From assembly GCA_947644545.1 (NCBI GenBank), contig CANRZW010000018.1, positions 1,266 to 65,265 of the forward strand: a stretch of 64,000 bases of DNA. Direction: 5' to 3'. This DNA comes from an uncultured Lachnospiraceae bacterium. Its GTDB lineage: Bacteria; Bacillota; Clostridia; Lachnospirales; Lachnospiraceae. The stretch's first letter is position 1; each line of letters begins with the position of its first letter. Positions 9,331-18,513 of the stretch are shown here, in pieces. Position numbers and translations under genes: made by a program. A model generated the notes under the pieces. It worked only from the letters and a program-made list of their open reading frames with translations. It made no database searches and had not been told where the DNA came from.

Positions 9331-9426
9331 TGTAACCCCCCAATACATTATATAGTTTTTGCTATACCCCATAAGAAAGAAATACCTTCTCTAAAAAAGG
9401 CAGCGACCGAAAAGCTGCCTTTTTTA
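9331..9426 (+). ncRNA. Candidate small RNA (about 95 nt) with C-rich motifs and its own terminator
   Basis: It lies between the candidate promoter above and the hairpin ggcagc-gaccgaaaa-gctgcc plus T6 (9399-9425). It contains CCCCCC and CCCC tracts. No ORF with an SD is present. Confidence 0.3.
9393..9426. terminator. Rho-independent terminator (A-tract / stem / T-tract, potentially bidirectional)
   Basis: Sequence aaaaaaggcagcgaccgaaaagctgcctttttt read directly. Confidence 0.75.
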
Positions 9427-9573
9427 CTGCGCATTTTTCCGTATTGTTTTATTTGTGCAGCGCCGGTTCCTGCTTTGCCGGTTTAGCGCCGGTCGTTTTT
9501 TGCTTGAACATCGCCCCTATATAGTATAGAATAATCTATATATCTATCGACTGATTAAAGAAAGGCAGAAAGC

Positions 9574-11703
9574 ATGGATATAAGCCAATTTCAGAGAGCA
9601 GAGAAGAATCAGCAGTATATTGCAGGTATGCGTCCGGTGATCAACAAGGAAGCGCTATTCTCAGACACTACGGAAGATTATGTGTATCCGCCGGAGCCCA
9701 GCGCTTATGGGGAAGTCACCATTCGTTTCCGTTCGGCCAGAAATAATATTGACAGAGTGTTTTTCGTGTGCAAAGACGAGAAGCACATTATGATAAAGAC
9801 GGAGACCGATAATTATTTTGATTATTATTCCTATTCTGTACAGCTTGACAATGAGAAGCTGGTCTACTATTTTGAAATACGCGTAGGCAGGATCGACTGT
9901 TACTATGACACGCGGGGCATTTGCAAAGATATCAATGAGTATTATCATTTCCAGATTATTCCGGGTTTTAAGACGCCGGATTGGGCGAAGGGGGCCGTGT
10001 TTTATCAGATCTATGTGGATCGGTTCTACAACGGCGATCCTTCCAATGACGTACTGACGAACGAATACCAGTATATCGGAGACAAGACGGTCAGAGTGGA
10101 AGACTGGAACAAATATCCGGCGGCCATGGGCGTGCGGGAATTCTACGGCGGCGATCTGCAGGGTGTGCTGGATAAGATGGATTATCTGCAGGAACTGGGT
10201 GTGGATGTGATCTATTTCAATCCGCTGTTTGTGTCGCCCTCCAATCATAAATACGATATTCAGGATTATGACTATATCGATCCTCATGTTGGCAGGATTG
10301 TCCACGATGAGGGTGAGCTGCTGCAGCACGATCAGCATGAGAACCGGTTTGCCACCAAATATATCGACCGGGTGTCCAACAAGGAGAATCTGGAGGCCAG
10401 TAACGCCCTTTTTGCCGAGGTGGTGCTGGAAGCTCATCGAAGAGGCATGAAGGTGATACTGGACGGCGTGTTCAATCACTGTGGATCTTTTAATAAATGG
10501 ATGGACAGGGAGCGCATCTATGAACATGCTTCCGGTTATGAGAAGGGCGCTTATGTAGCGCAGGACAGCCCGTATCACACATATTTTCAGTTTCACGACA
10601 ATCACAAATGGCCCTATAATGGTTCCTATGACGGCTGGTGGGGACATGACACGCTGCCCAAGCTCAATTATGAGAACTCCCAGCAGCTGGAGGATTATAT
10701 CCTCTATGTTGCCAGGAAGTGGATTTCCGATCCTTATCATGTGGACGGCTGGCGGCTGGACGTGGCGGCAGATCTGGGGCATACGCCGCAGTACAATCAT
10801 TATTTCTGGAAAGAATTCCGCAAGGCGGTGAAGATGGTGAATCCGGAAGCTATTGTGCTGGCGGAGCACTACGGGAGTCCGAAGGACTGGCTGCAGGGTG
10901 ACGAGTGGGATACGGTGATGAACTACGATGCCTTCATGGAGCCGGTGACCTGGTTTCTGACCGGTATGCAGAAGCACAGCGACGACTATCGGGAGGATCT
11001 GCGGGGCAATGCCGACAGTTTCTGGGGCGCTATGGTGCATCACAGCGCCAGCTTTACGACACCGTCTCTGCAGGTGGCGATGAATGAGCTGTCCAATCAT
11101 GATCATTCCCGGTTTCTGACCAGGACCAACAGGAAAGTGGGCAGGACGAACACTCTGGGGCCGGAAGCGGCGAATACGGGTGTGAATAAGGCGGTCATGC
11201 GGGAAGCGGTGGTGATCCAGATGACCTGGCCGGGAGCGCCTACGATCTATTACGGTGACGAGGCGGGTGTGTGCGGTTTCACCGACCCGGATAACAGGCG
11301 CACGTATCCGTGGGGACATGAGGATCGGCAGATGATCGCCTTTCACAAGGAGATTATCCGCATCCACAAGAGCCACCGAGAGTTCCTGACAGGTTCCATC
11401 AAGCAGATGGAGAGTGATTATAATGTGATCGGTTACGGCAGGTTCACAAGAGAAGGACAGTCCGTGATTCTTATCAACAATAACGACTATGAGATCACGA
11501 AGGAACTGTTCGTGTGGCATTTGGGCGTTCCCAAGGACTGCATGATGAAACAGCTGCTGCTTACCACTGCAGACGGATTTACTACGGAAGAGAAGGAGCA
11601 TCCGGTCAAGTCCGGTAAAGTCACCATAGCGCTTCCGCCTACGTCCGCCATTATTCTGCGGTATGAGGATGAGGAGATCAGCAGTTTTATGGAATACAGG
11701 TGA
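9574..11703 (+). CDS. GH13 alpha-amylase-family enzyme (neopullulanase/cyclomaltodextrinase/alpha-glucosidase type), cytoplasmic
   Basis: GH13 conserved regions are present: VILDGVFNHCG, GWRLDVAADL, LAEHYG, LSNHDHSRF. An N-terminal extra domain is present and no signal peptide is visible. Candidate promoter is TTGAAC-17-TAGAAT at 9504-9532. Confidence 0.9.
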   Translation: MDISQFQRAEKNQQYIAGMRPVINKEALFSDTTEDYVYPPEPSAYGEVTIRFRSARNNIDRVFFVCKDEKHIMIKTETDNYFDYYSYSVQLDNEKLVYYFEIRVGRIDCYYDTRGICKDINEYYHFQIIPGFKTPDWAKGAVFYQIYVDRFYNGDPSNDVLTNEYQYIGDKTVRVEDWNKYPAAMGVREFYGGDLQGVLDKMDYLQELGVDVIYFNPLFVSPSNHKYDIQDYDYIDPHVGRIVHDEGELLQHDQHENRFATKYIDRVSNKENLEASNALFAEVVLEAHRRGMKVILDGVFNHCGSFNKWMDRERIYEHASGYEKGAYVAQDSPYHTYFQFHDNHKWPYNGSYDGWWGHDTLPKLNYENSQQLEDYILYVARKWISDPYHVDGWRLDVAADLGHTPQYNHYFWKEFRKAVKMVNPEAIVLAEHYGSPKDWLQGDEWDTVMNYDAFMEPVTWFLTGMQKHSDDYREDLRGNADSFWGAMVHHSASFTTPSLQVAMNELSNHDHSRFLTRTNRKVGRTNTLGPEAANTGVNKAVMREAVVIQMTWPGAPTIYYGDEAGVCGFTDPDNRRTYPWGHEDRQMIAFHKEIIRIHKSHREFLTGSIKQMESDYNVIGYGRFTREGQSVILINNNDYEITKELFVWHLGVPKDCMMKQLLLTTADGFTTEEKEHPVKSGKVTIALPPTSAIILRYEDEEISSFMEYR

Positions 11704-11709
11704 ATAAGT

Positions 11710-11753
11710 AAAGACCGGCAGGACGTGTGAGCATATCCCGCCGGTCTTTGTTA
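11710..11753 (+). terminator. Terminator after the GH13 gene
   Basis: aaagaccggc ... gccggtcttt forms a 10-bp stem followed by gtt. The loop is large (20 nt). Confidence 0.55.
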
Positions 11754-11834
11754 TGACACAACTTTGACACATCAGGGGGATATACTGATACAAGTAAGAT
11801 CTTTTATTACTTTGGAGATGAGGAGTGGATATCA

Positions 11835-12494
11835 ATGCAGAAAATCCTGATCGTGGAGGACGAAGAGGCCATTGCCAATCTGATCAAGATTAATCTGGAG
11901 GCGGAGGGGTATCAATGTGTTTGTGCTTTTGACGGAAAGACAGGGGCGGATCTGATCGAGGAAGGGACCTTTGACCTGATTCTGCTGGATATTATGCTGC
12001 CGGAGATTAATGGTTATGAGCTGTTGGAATATGTCAGACCGATGGGAACGCCGGTAATCTTCCTGACGGCGAAGGGGAGTGTCGATGACCGCATCAAGGG
12101 ACTTAAGCTGGGAGCGGACGATTATATCGTCAAACCTTTTCAGATAGGAGAATTGATTGCCCGAGTGGAGGCGGTACTGCGAAGATACGGGAAGGCGAAG
12201 CAGAAGCTGGCCTTTGCGGATGTGGAAATTGACGTGATCTCCCGGACTGTGACGAAAGCGAATGTGCCGGTGGAATTGACAGTGAAGGAGTTTGACCTTC
12301 TGGTGGAACTGATACAGAACAAGAATGTGGCACTGTATCGGGAGCGGATCTACGAGAAGGTCTGGGGTGAGGCTTTTATGGGGGATACCCGTACGCTGGA
12401 TTCCCATATCCAACGGCTGCGTAAGAAACTTGGCTGGGAGAATTATATACGGACGGTATTCCGGGTGGGTTATCGTCTGGAGGATGCCACATGA
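11835..12494 (+). CDS. OmpR/PhoB-family response regulator
   Basis: Receiver domain (ILIVEDEE, DLILLDIMLP, phospho-acceptor Asp context) plus a winged-helix C-terminus (LTVKEFDLLVEL, TLDSHIQRLRKKL, VGYRL). Confidence 0.93.
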   Translation: MQKILIVEDEEAIANLIKINLEAEGYQCVCAFDGKTGADLIEEGTFDLILLDIMLPEINGYELLEYVRPMGTPVIFLTAKGSVDDRIKGLKLGADDYIVKPFQIGELIARVEAVLRRYGKAKQKLAFADVEIDVISRTVTKANVPVELTVKEFDLLVELIQNKNVALYRERIYEKVWGEAFMGDTRTLDSHIQRLRKKLGWENYIRTVFRVGYRLEDAT

Positions 12495-13891
12495 AGCTTT
12501 TTCACAAGATATTCCTCTGTTTTGTAGTGATCTTCGGGATCGCTTTTCAGGCGGCAGGCGTGCTGCTGATCGACTATGCTTATGAAAATGCCATCGAGCA
12601 GGAGAAGAAGTACGCGCTGCAGCAGTTTCAATATAACAAGTATATTCTACAGTCCGTTCTCTATTCCGAACCGGATCTTCTGCAGGTGCAGAAAGAAAGT
12701 CCGGGGAGTCTGGGTTCTTTCACGACGCCGGTCGCGTTGTATGATCAGGAGAAAAACTGCATTTATTCCGATTTGTCGATCAAGCCGGCGTATTTGGATT
12801 TTCAGGAAAGGAAAGAAGGACAGTTGGCCTTTCGGATCTATCAAAAGGATAGGAACAGTTGTATTTTCGTGTACGACCATGTGCGGCAAGGGGAAGGGGA
12901 GGCTTATCTGGTGACGCAGACGGATATCAGTTCCGTGGTGGAGACGCAGCGAAATATGACGGCCTATTTTCAGCGGATCTATCTGATTATCGTGTGCATC
13001 GGATTTCCCTTGATCTTCCTGCTGACCAATCTGCTCACCGGTTCTATCAAGAAGGTCAGTAAGGGGGCCAGGAGGATTGCCAGGGGGAAGTATGCCGAGC
13101 GGATAGATGTGGGCACGAAGGACGAGATCGGCCAGCTGGCTGCGGATTTCAACCAGATGGCGGAGAAGATCGAGGAAAAGATGTCACAGTTGTCGGCGGC
13201 AGCCAGGGCCAAGGAAGATTTCACGGCTAATTTTGCCCATGAGTTGAAGACGCCGCTGACATCCGTGATCGGCTACGCGGATATGCTGTACCAGCGGGAA
13301 CTGTCCAGGAAGCAGGTGAAAGAAGCGGCCGGCTATATTCTGCATGAGGGGATGCGCTTAGAAGCGCTTTCGCTGAAGCTGATGGATCTGTTTGTGATGG
13401 ATAAGCAGGACTTTATGCTGGAAAATCAAGAGACGGGGGGGCTGTTTGAAAACATGCTGCCGGGCATGAGACCGGTGTGTGAAAAGCATGGCGTGCAGCT
13501 GCATACAGACATTGAGGAAGGTGAGATCGCGGTGGAGTTCGATCTTTTCAAGACGATGGTGCTCAATATCATCGATAATGCTGTCAAGGCAGAGTGCAGT
13601 GATATCTGGATCACCGGGGAGAAGCAGCAGACCGGCTATCAGATCAGTTTTAAGGATAATGGGAAAGGGATTCCGCCGGCGGAGCTGGGCCGGATCACGG
13701 AGGCCTTCTATATGGTGGATAAGTCCCGGTCGAGAAAGCAGCATGGGGCAGGGCTTGGCATGGCACTGGTGGCTAAGATCGCACAGCTTCACGCAGCAGC
13801 GCTGCGGGTGGAGAGTGACGGCAGATCCGGTACTACGGTTCGCATCGCTTTCGGGCTGACGGAAGGAGGACGGGATGAGCAGAATGTCTAA
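12491..13891 (+). CDS. Sensor histidine kinase (2 TM, HAMP, HisKA, HATPase)
   Basis: H-box FTANFAHELKTPLTSVIGYADML, N-box NIIDNAVKA, G-boxes FKDNGKGI and GAGLGMALV. Overlaps the RR stop by 4 nt. Confidence 0.93.
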   Translation: MKLFHKIFLCFVVIFGIAFQAAGVLLIDYAYENAIEQEKKYALQQFQYNKYILQSVLYSEPDLLQVQKESPGSLGSFTTPVALYDQEKNCIYSDLSIKPAYLDFQERKEGQLAFRIYQKDRNSCIFVYDHVRQGEGEAYLVTQTDISSVVETQRNMTAYFQRIYLIIVCIGFPLIFLLTNLLTGSIKKVSKGARRIARGKYAERIDVGTKDEIGQLAADFNQMAEKIEEKMSQLSAAARAKEDFTANFAHELKTPLTSVIGYADMLYQRELSRKQVKEAAGYILHEGMRLEALSLKLMDLFVMDKQDFMLENQETGGLFENMLPGMRPVCEKHGVQLHTDIEEGEIAVEFDLFKTMVLNIIDNAVKAECSDIWITGEKQQTGYQISFKDNGKGIPPAELGRITEAFYMVDKSRSRKQHGAGLGMALVAKIAQLHAAALRVESDGRSGTTVRIAFGLTEGGRDEQNV

Positions 13892-14744
13892 GTATACCGT
13901 GTTTTGCCTGTTGTTTGCGGCCGCTTTTGTATTCGGAAGTATGGCGGGGATGGATCTCGTCCTGCAGATGCGGGAGAGCCGGCGGTTACAGGAGGGCGGC
14001 AGCGTGGCGGTGGAGTCGCCTATGCCGGCATGGCAGTCGGCAGAGACGGAGGAGGAGTATGCAAAACAGGAGGAAGAGGCCGGAGACAGGGACGAGGAGA
14101 AAGACCGTATACTGACAGAAGAGCAGATAGAACAGGTGGTAACATACAGGAAGAATTGTGAGACGGAGCTGCTGCATGATCCGGTCAGAGGACAGATCAC
14201 CATGGAACAGGCATTTGCTTCCGGCGAAAACTGGCTTGTGGAGATGGGATATTGGGACGGAAACCGGGCGCATTCCGAAACGCTGCTTCACAGAGCCTCG
14301 CTGGGGACGAAAACGGTAAAAGAGGGACTGCCTGTACCGATAGAGCCTTATTACAGCTTCTGGTCGGTTCGGTTTTCCGGTGCAGATCTATATGCGTCAC
14401 TTTCTGTTAACGCGATGACGGGCAGGGTGTGGGATGCGAAAATAACGCTGTATGATACAGAATATGTAAACGGTGACAAGTCGTTTAAAAAACTGGAGCA
14501 GTTTATCAGGCTGGCGGGTATAGAGGCTCCGGTCGAACAATATGTGGAGATAAGCGACAACGGCAGATGGATGAGCATGGCAGTGAAGGAAAGCCCGCTG
14601 TATGCGCAGATGCGGAATTATGATGTCGTGGTGAGCGCTATGGATGGGATCATGGAAAGCGGCGGGAGCAAAGAATATTCCAGCCAGATCGTCATAGAAT
14701 ATCGGCTGATGGTGTACGAGGACAATTCGATGAATGCCGATTAA
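13875..14744 (+). CDS. Membrane-anchored hypothetical protein co-transcribed with the two-component system
   Basis: N-terminal TM segment (YTVFCLLFAAAFVFGSMAG) and an acidic linker. Overlaps the HK 3' end. I did not recognise a domain with confidence. Confidence 0.55.
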   Translation: MSRMSKYTVFCLLFAAAFVFGSMAGMDLVLQMRESRRLQEGGSVAVESPMPAWQSAETEEEYAKQEEEAGDRDEEKDRILTEEQIEQVVTYRKNCETELLHDPVRGQITMEQAFASGENWLVEMGYWDGNRAHSETLLHRASLGTKTVKEGLPVPIEPYYSFWSVRFSGADLYASLSVNAMTGRVWDAKITLYDTEYVNGDKSFKKLEQFIRLAGIEAPVEQYVEISDNGRWMSMAVKESPLYAQMRNYDVVVSAMDGIMESGGSKEYSSQIVIEYRLMVYEDNSMNAD

Positions 14745-14927
14745 TTGTACAGGAGCCAGACTCGTTTTTTACATTTTTGACACAACTTTAACGAAAGTAG
14801 GACGAAACACTCTGATAGGATGAAAATAGTCAGCCTGTCAGGGTGTTTTATTATATGGGAAATCTGCAGGGAGGATTCCTTTATAGATAGATCAGACAGG
14901 TAGAAAATAACGTCAGGAGAAATTTGA

Positions 14928-16004
14928 ATGAGAAATTACGCGCAGAACAGCAGAAGAACGGAACAGCAGATGGAATACAGGAGAAGAAAACAATTGAAAA
15001 AATTACAGAGGAATGTGTTTCTTGTGATTCTGGGAATGATTCTTGCTTTGTATGGAATGCGGATCCGGGAACTGGGCATTTATCTGACAGAAGTGCAGAC
15101 GACTTTGAAACAGATAGAAGCCTTGCAGCAGAAAGCGGCTGAGGACTGGAACGGCTCCGATGCCGCGGAGGTATTAGGAGAGCAGTGGATCGGCGGTCAG
15201 CAGATTGCGGATTTTATCAGCAGCATAAAGTCAGTGCATGTGGAGAGGCCGATAAAGCGGACGCGGGAGGAAGCGGTACGCAGGCTGGAAGAACTGGGCC
15301 GGTCGAATCCGGTGATCGCGCAGATTAGCCAAAACAGTTCCCTTTATCCGGAAAATATGCTGACGGCATTGGCCAATAATCCTGAAATGGCGGATTTTGC
15401 GGCGGGATATTTGGAGAAGGATAAGGTGGCGGCAGGCGGACTGACGGAGGAGGAAAAGAGGCAGGACTTTCCGCTTTTTCTCCAGTGGGATCCGCGGTGG
15501 GGCTATGCTTCCTATGGCGTTGACAGTAATATCGGCCTGTCGGGATGCGGCCCGACTTGTATGTCGATGGTGCTGTATTATCTGACAGGGGATGAGACGC
15601 TGACACCGGACCGGGTTGCCGATTACGCCATGGAGAATGGCTACTATGTGGAAGGAACCGGAACGGCGTGGGCACTGATGCAGGATATGCCGGGTCTGTA
15701 TGGGGTGAGGGTGATCGAACCGGAGATGTCCGAGTACGCCTTTCGGAACGCCCTGTCCAAAGGGCGTGTGCTGATCTGCGCCATGAGTGCGGGAGACTTT
15801 ACGGCAGCAGGACATTTTATTGTGATCTATGGGTATGATCAGGACGGTTTTATGGTGAATGATTCTAATTGTGTGGCGAGAAGCCAGAAGAGATGGACTT
15901 TTGATGAGATCCGCGGACAGATCAAGATGGTGTGGGCCTATGAGCCGCGGGGAAAACAGATTGAGGAAGAGCAGGTGATTACTTTTGTGGATTTTGCGGG
16001 GTGA
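14928..16004 (+). CDS. Membrane-anchored C39-like (papain-fold, YvpB-like) cysteine peptidase domain protein
   Basis: One TM segment (VFLVILGMILALYGM). Candidate catalytic Cys context is SNIGLSGCGPTCMSMVLYYL, with a later GHFIVIYGYD His motif, typical of Peptidase_C39_2. Confidence 0.65.
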   Translation: MRNYAQNSRRTEQQMEYRRRKQLKKLQRNVFLVILGMILALYGMRIRELGIYLTEVQTTLKQIEALQQKAAEDWNGSDAAEVLGEQWIGGQQIADFISSIKSVHVERPIKRTREEAVRRLEELGRSNPVIAQISQNSSLYPENMLTALANNPEMADFAAGYLEKDKVAAGGLTEEEKRQDFPLFLQWDPRWGYASYGVDSNIGLSGCGPTCMSMVLYYLTGDETLTPDRVADYAMENGYYVEGTGTAWALMQDMPGLYGVRVIEPEMSEYAFRNALSKGRVLICAMSAGDFTAAGHFIVIYGYDQDGFMVNDSNCVARSQKRWTFDEIRGQIKMVWAYEPRGKQIEEEQVITFVDFAG

Positions 16005-16146
16005 ATTGCAACCTTACAGGCTCCTTGCGGGTATATAAGACAGAGTCTGTGCTGGCCGGTAAATGTATTATCGTGTATAATAAGAGTCGGCCAGTATTAT
16101 TCCCGCGGGCAGGATGCGGGGTAATTGACTTTGACGGGGGATTTCT

Positions 16147-16653
16147 ATGGCAAAAGGGGAGCGGATAACGACGCAGGCAGCGATTGACCGATATGCGGAT
16201 ATGGTCTATCGGCTGGCTTTGTCGCAGATGAAGAATACAACAGATGCGGACGATCTGTTTCAGGAAGTGTTTATCAGACTTGTGCGCCATGTACAGGATC
16301 TGGAATCGTGGGAGCATGTGAAAGCGTGGCTGATCCGGGTGACGATCAACTGTGCGAAGAAGTACTATGAACAGTACTGGAACCGAAATGTGGATTATAT
16401 GGAGGAGCCGGAGCGTATAGCGGATGAGAATGAGATTTTTGAACTGCCGGAAGAACATCCCGTGCGGGCGGCGGTGCAGAAACTGCCGCAGAAATACGGT
16501 CTGGTGGTCCATTTATTCTATTATGAAGAGCTGTCGGTGGCAGAGATTGCGCAGTTGACGGAACAGAAAGAAAGCACCGTGAAGTCTCAGCTGCACCGGG
16601 CAAGACAGATGCTGCGGGATCTGCTGGGAGAAGAGTGGGAAAACAGCGGATGA
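16147..16653 (+). CDS. ECF-type RNA polymerase sigma-70 factor
   Basis: Region 2 (DADDLFQEVFIRLVRH..., WLIRVTINCAKKY) and region 4 (LPQKYGLVVHLFYYEELSVAEIAQLT...TVKSQLHRARQML). Confidence 0.9.
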   Translation: MAKGERITTQAAIDRYADMVYRLALSQMKNTTDADDLFQEVFIRLVRHVQDLESWEHVKAWLIRVTINCAKKYYEQYWNRNVDYMEEPERIADENEIFELPEEHPVRAAVQKLPQKYGLVVHLFYYEELSVAEIAQLTEQKESTVKSQLHRARQMLRDLLGEEWENSG

Positions 16654-16755
16654 AAAAGTGAAAAAGCAGCGGGTGAAAAGGCAGAAGCAGCTGTGCCATA
16701 AAGCGTTTGCCCTGTCGGGCGGAAACGTGAAAATCATAGAGAAGGTGAAGCCATA

Positions 16756-17976
16756 TTGATGACGGATCAGGAAAAGAAACAAAATAAAAATGTATATAGA
16801 GAAGAGACATCCCAGATTCATGCACCGGTGGATCTGATCCTGAAGACAAAGCAGGCAGTCGCAGAAGAGGAAGAAAGACTGCGCAAGGAGATTCAGATTA
16901 CGCCGGCAGATTTAAGTGGCGCTGGTATGGATGGCGCAGAGTCTGACGGAAAAAAGACGGAATCCAAGTGGAAGAAGTACTATAGAAGAGTGCCCAGGTG
17001 GGTTCTTCCGATGACGGCGGCGGCAGTGTTTCTGCTTGTTATGCGCGTGTCTGTAGTGCAATTCTCCTATCTTCTTGCAGACAGGCGGGGAGGCGCGGAT
17101 TATGCGGCCTCGGCGGAAGATATGTCGGAAAGCGCAGGGGAAGAGGGTTCGATGGAAGGTATGTCGGGAAGTGCGGGCGACGTGGGCCTGGCAGGAGGCA
17201 TATCAGGAAGTGCGGATGAAGCTGGTTTGGCAGGAGGCGTGTCGGAAAGTGCGGATGAAGCTGGTTTGGCAGGAGGCATAGCGGGAAGTACGGGTGATGA
17301 GAGTTCGGCGTCGGGTCGGCCGGGGAACACAGATGGCGGGAGTTTGAGGAAAGGAGAGCTGCTCGAAGATCTGGAAAGAGAGGAGGAGATGGCCTCGTCT
17401 GCAGATATGGCGGAAGCAAGGAAACAAAGCAAACAAGAAGATATGCAGCAAGCTCCTTATGCCCGGGCATATCTGGAGTTTTTGACGGAATATGTGCAGA
17501 ACAGCAAAGACGGCAAAGGACAGGGGGCACGGTTTTCGCTGGCTTTTGTTGATGGTGACGACATCCCGGAGCTGCTGTTGATGGAGGACGACTGTCATGC
17601 CAGAGGGGTAAAAGTTTTTACTTATTATCAGGATCAGGTGGCAGAGCTGGGAGCATTTGGTTCTTTTGGATTGATGCAGTATGTAGAAAGAGCCGGTTTG
17701 ATTTTCAGTCATTACATGGGACATGGTGAGTCTGACAATGATTTTTTTGAAATAAAAGAAGGGCAGGCTGTTCTGATCTGTAACATGCATTCTACGCCGT
17801 ATCGTAAAAACGGCATAGACGCCAATCTGTATGAAATTGACGGTGTTGCCGTGAATGAGAAAACCTACCGGGCCAGGTGGAAAGCCTTATATGAGGATCA
17901 GGACTATGTATTGATTGGGTATAAGGACGGAACTCCGGTAGAGGAAGCAGCGGAAAGTGAGTTGCTGCGGCAGTGA
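16756..17976 (+). CDS. Putative anti-sigma factor / membrane protein with Gly/Ala/Ser/Asp repeat linker
   Basis: Directly downstream of the ECF sigma gene. It has an N-terminal cytoplasmic segment, one TM segment (WVLPMTAAAVFLLVMRV), and an extracytoplasmic C-terminal domain. TTG at 16756 or ATG at 16759. Confidence 0.55.
   Translation: MMTDQEKKQNKNVYREETSQIHAPVDLILKTKQAVAEEEERLRKEIQITPADLSGAGMDGAESDGKKTESKWKKYYRRVPRWVLPMTAAAVFLLVMRVSVVQFSYLLADRRGGADYAASAEDMSESAGEEGSMEGMSGSAGDVGLAGGISGSADEAGLAGGVSESADEAGLAGGIAGSTGDESSASGRPGNTDGGSLRKGELLEDLEREEEMASSADMAEARKQSKQEDMQQAPYARAYLEFLTEYVQNSKDGKGQGARFSLAFVDGDDIPELLLMEDDCHARGVKVFTYYQDQVAELGAFGSFGLMQYVERAGLIFSHYMGHGESDNDFFEIKEGQAVLICNMHSTPYRKNGIDANLYEIDGVAVNEKTYRARWKALYEDQDYVLIGYKDGTPVEEAAESELLRQ
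17167..17285 (+). repeat. Three tandem 39-nt (13-aa) repeats, GSADEAGLAGGVS type
   Basis: agtgcggatgaagctggtttggcaggaggc occurs at 17209 and again at 17248 (period 39), preceded by a degenerate copy. Confidence 0.7.
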
Positions 17977-18000
17977 AAATTGTCGGAGACAGGGAAGCCG

Positions 18001-18513
18001 CTAACTTCCCTGTTTCTTCATCAGTCGATGCTTGAAGGCTCTGATCTTTGCGCCATAGCGGGTTGCGTAGAGCAGGCAGACCAAGAGCAATCCAACTGCA
18101 AGTCCCTGCATAAAATCCAGTGCTGTCATAACGGCCGGATTGTCATAGAGACTCGTGTCTTTGATGAGGGTATAAGATAATACCAGAAATAATGCGATTC
18201 CATTACATATGCGTAGACGTTTGTTATACCGCTCTGTCTCTGCATTTGTATAATCTACGGCCTGTAATACAGTTTCTTTTATCTCTTTATCCATATTGTC
18301 ACTTTTCCTTTCTCCATTCAGGATTTCACGCAGATCAACCTCGTAATAATCGGATATTTCAATCAAAATATCCAGATCCGGCATATTATTGCCATTTTCC
18401 CAACGGGATATTGTTCTGTTTGATACGTTGAATTTTTCTGCGACTTGTTGCTGGGTAAGTCCTTTTTGCTTGCGGAGTTCTTTTAAGAACCCGCCGATTT
18501 TCTCCTGATTCAT
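18001..18513 (-). CDS. XRE-family helix-turn-helix regulator with C-terminal transmembrane segments
   Basis: IGGFLKELRKQKGLTQQQVAEKFNVSNRTISRWENGNNMPDLDILIEISDYYEVDLREIL is a classic HTH_3 motif. Two hydrophobic helices are present near the C-terminus. Confidence 0.88.
   Translation of the reverse strand: MNQEKIGGFLKELRKQKGLTQQQVAEKFNVSNRTISRWENGNNMPDLDILIEISDYYEVDLREILNGERKSDNMDKEIKETVLQAVDYTNAETERYNKRLRICNGIALFLVLSYTLIKDTSLYDNPAVMTALDFMQGLAVGLLLVCLLYATRYGAKIRAFKHRLMKKQGS

Noticed and set aside
9661-11835. A 724-codon ORF runs antisense to the whole GH13 gene. Similar long antisense ORFs occur at 32729-34126 opposite the MATE gene, 26299-27372 opposite vWA, 7324-8178 opposite ftsH, 49701-50555 and 51270-51983 opposite the HK/RR genes, 31520-32341, 13358-14203 and 62849-63574.
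   Set aside because: I checked the phase for four of them (9661-11835, 32729-34126, 26299-27372 and 7324-8178) and each lies in the codon-aligned antisense frame. In that frame stops arise only from sense TTA, CTA or TCA codons. The core genes here strongly avoid those codons, so shadow ORFs are expected. The sense-strand products carry unambiguous family motifs, whereas the antisense translations are low-complexity (Arg/His/Pro/Leu-rich) and have no SD.
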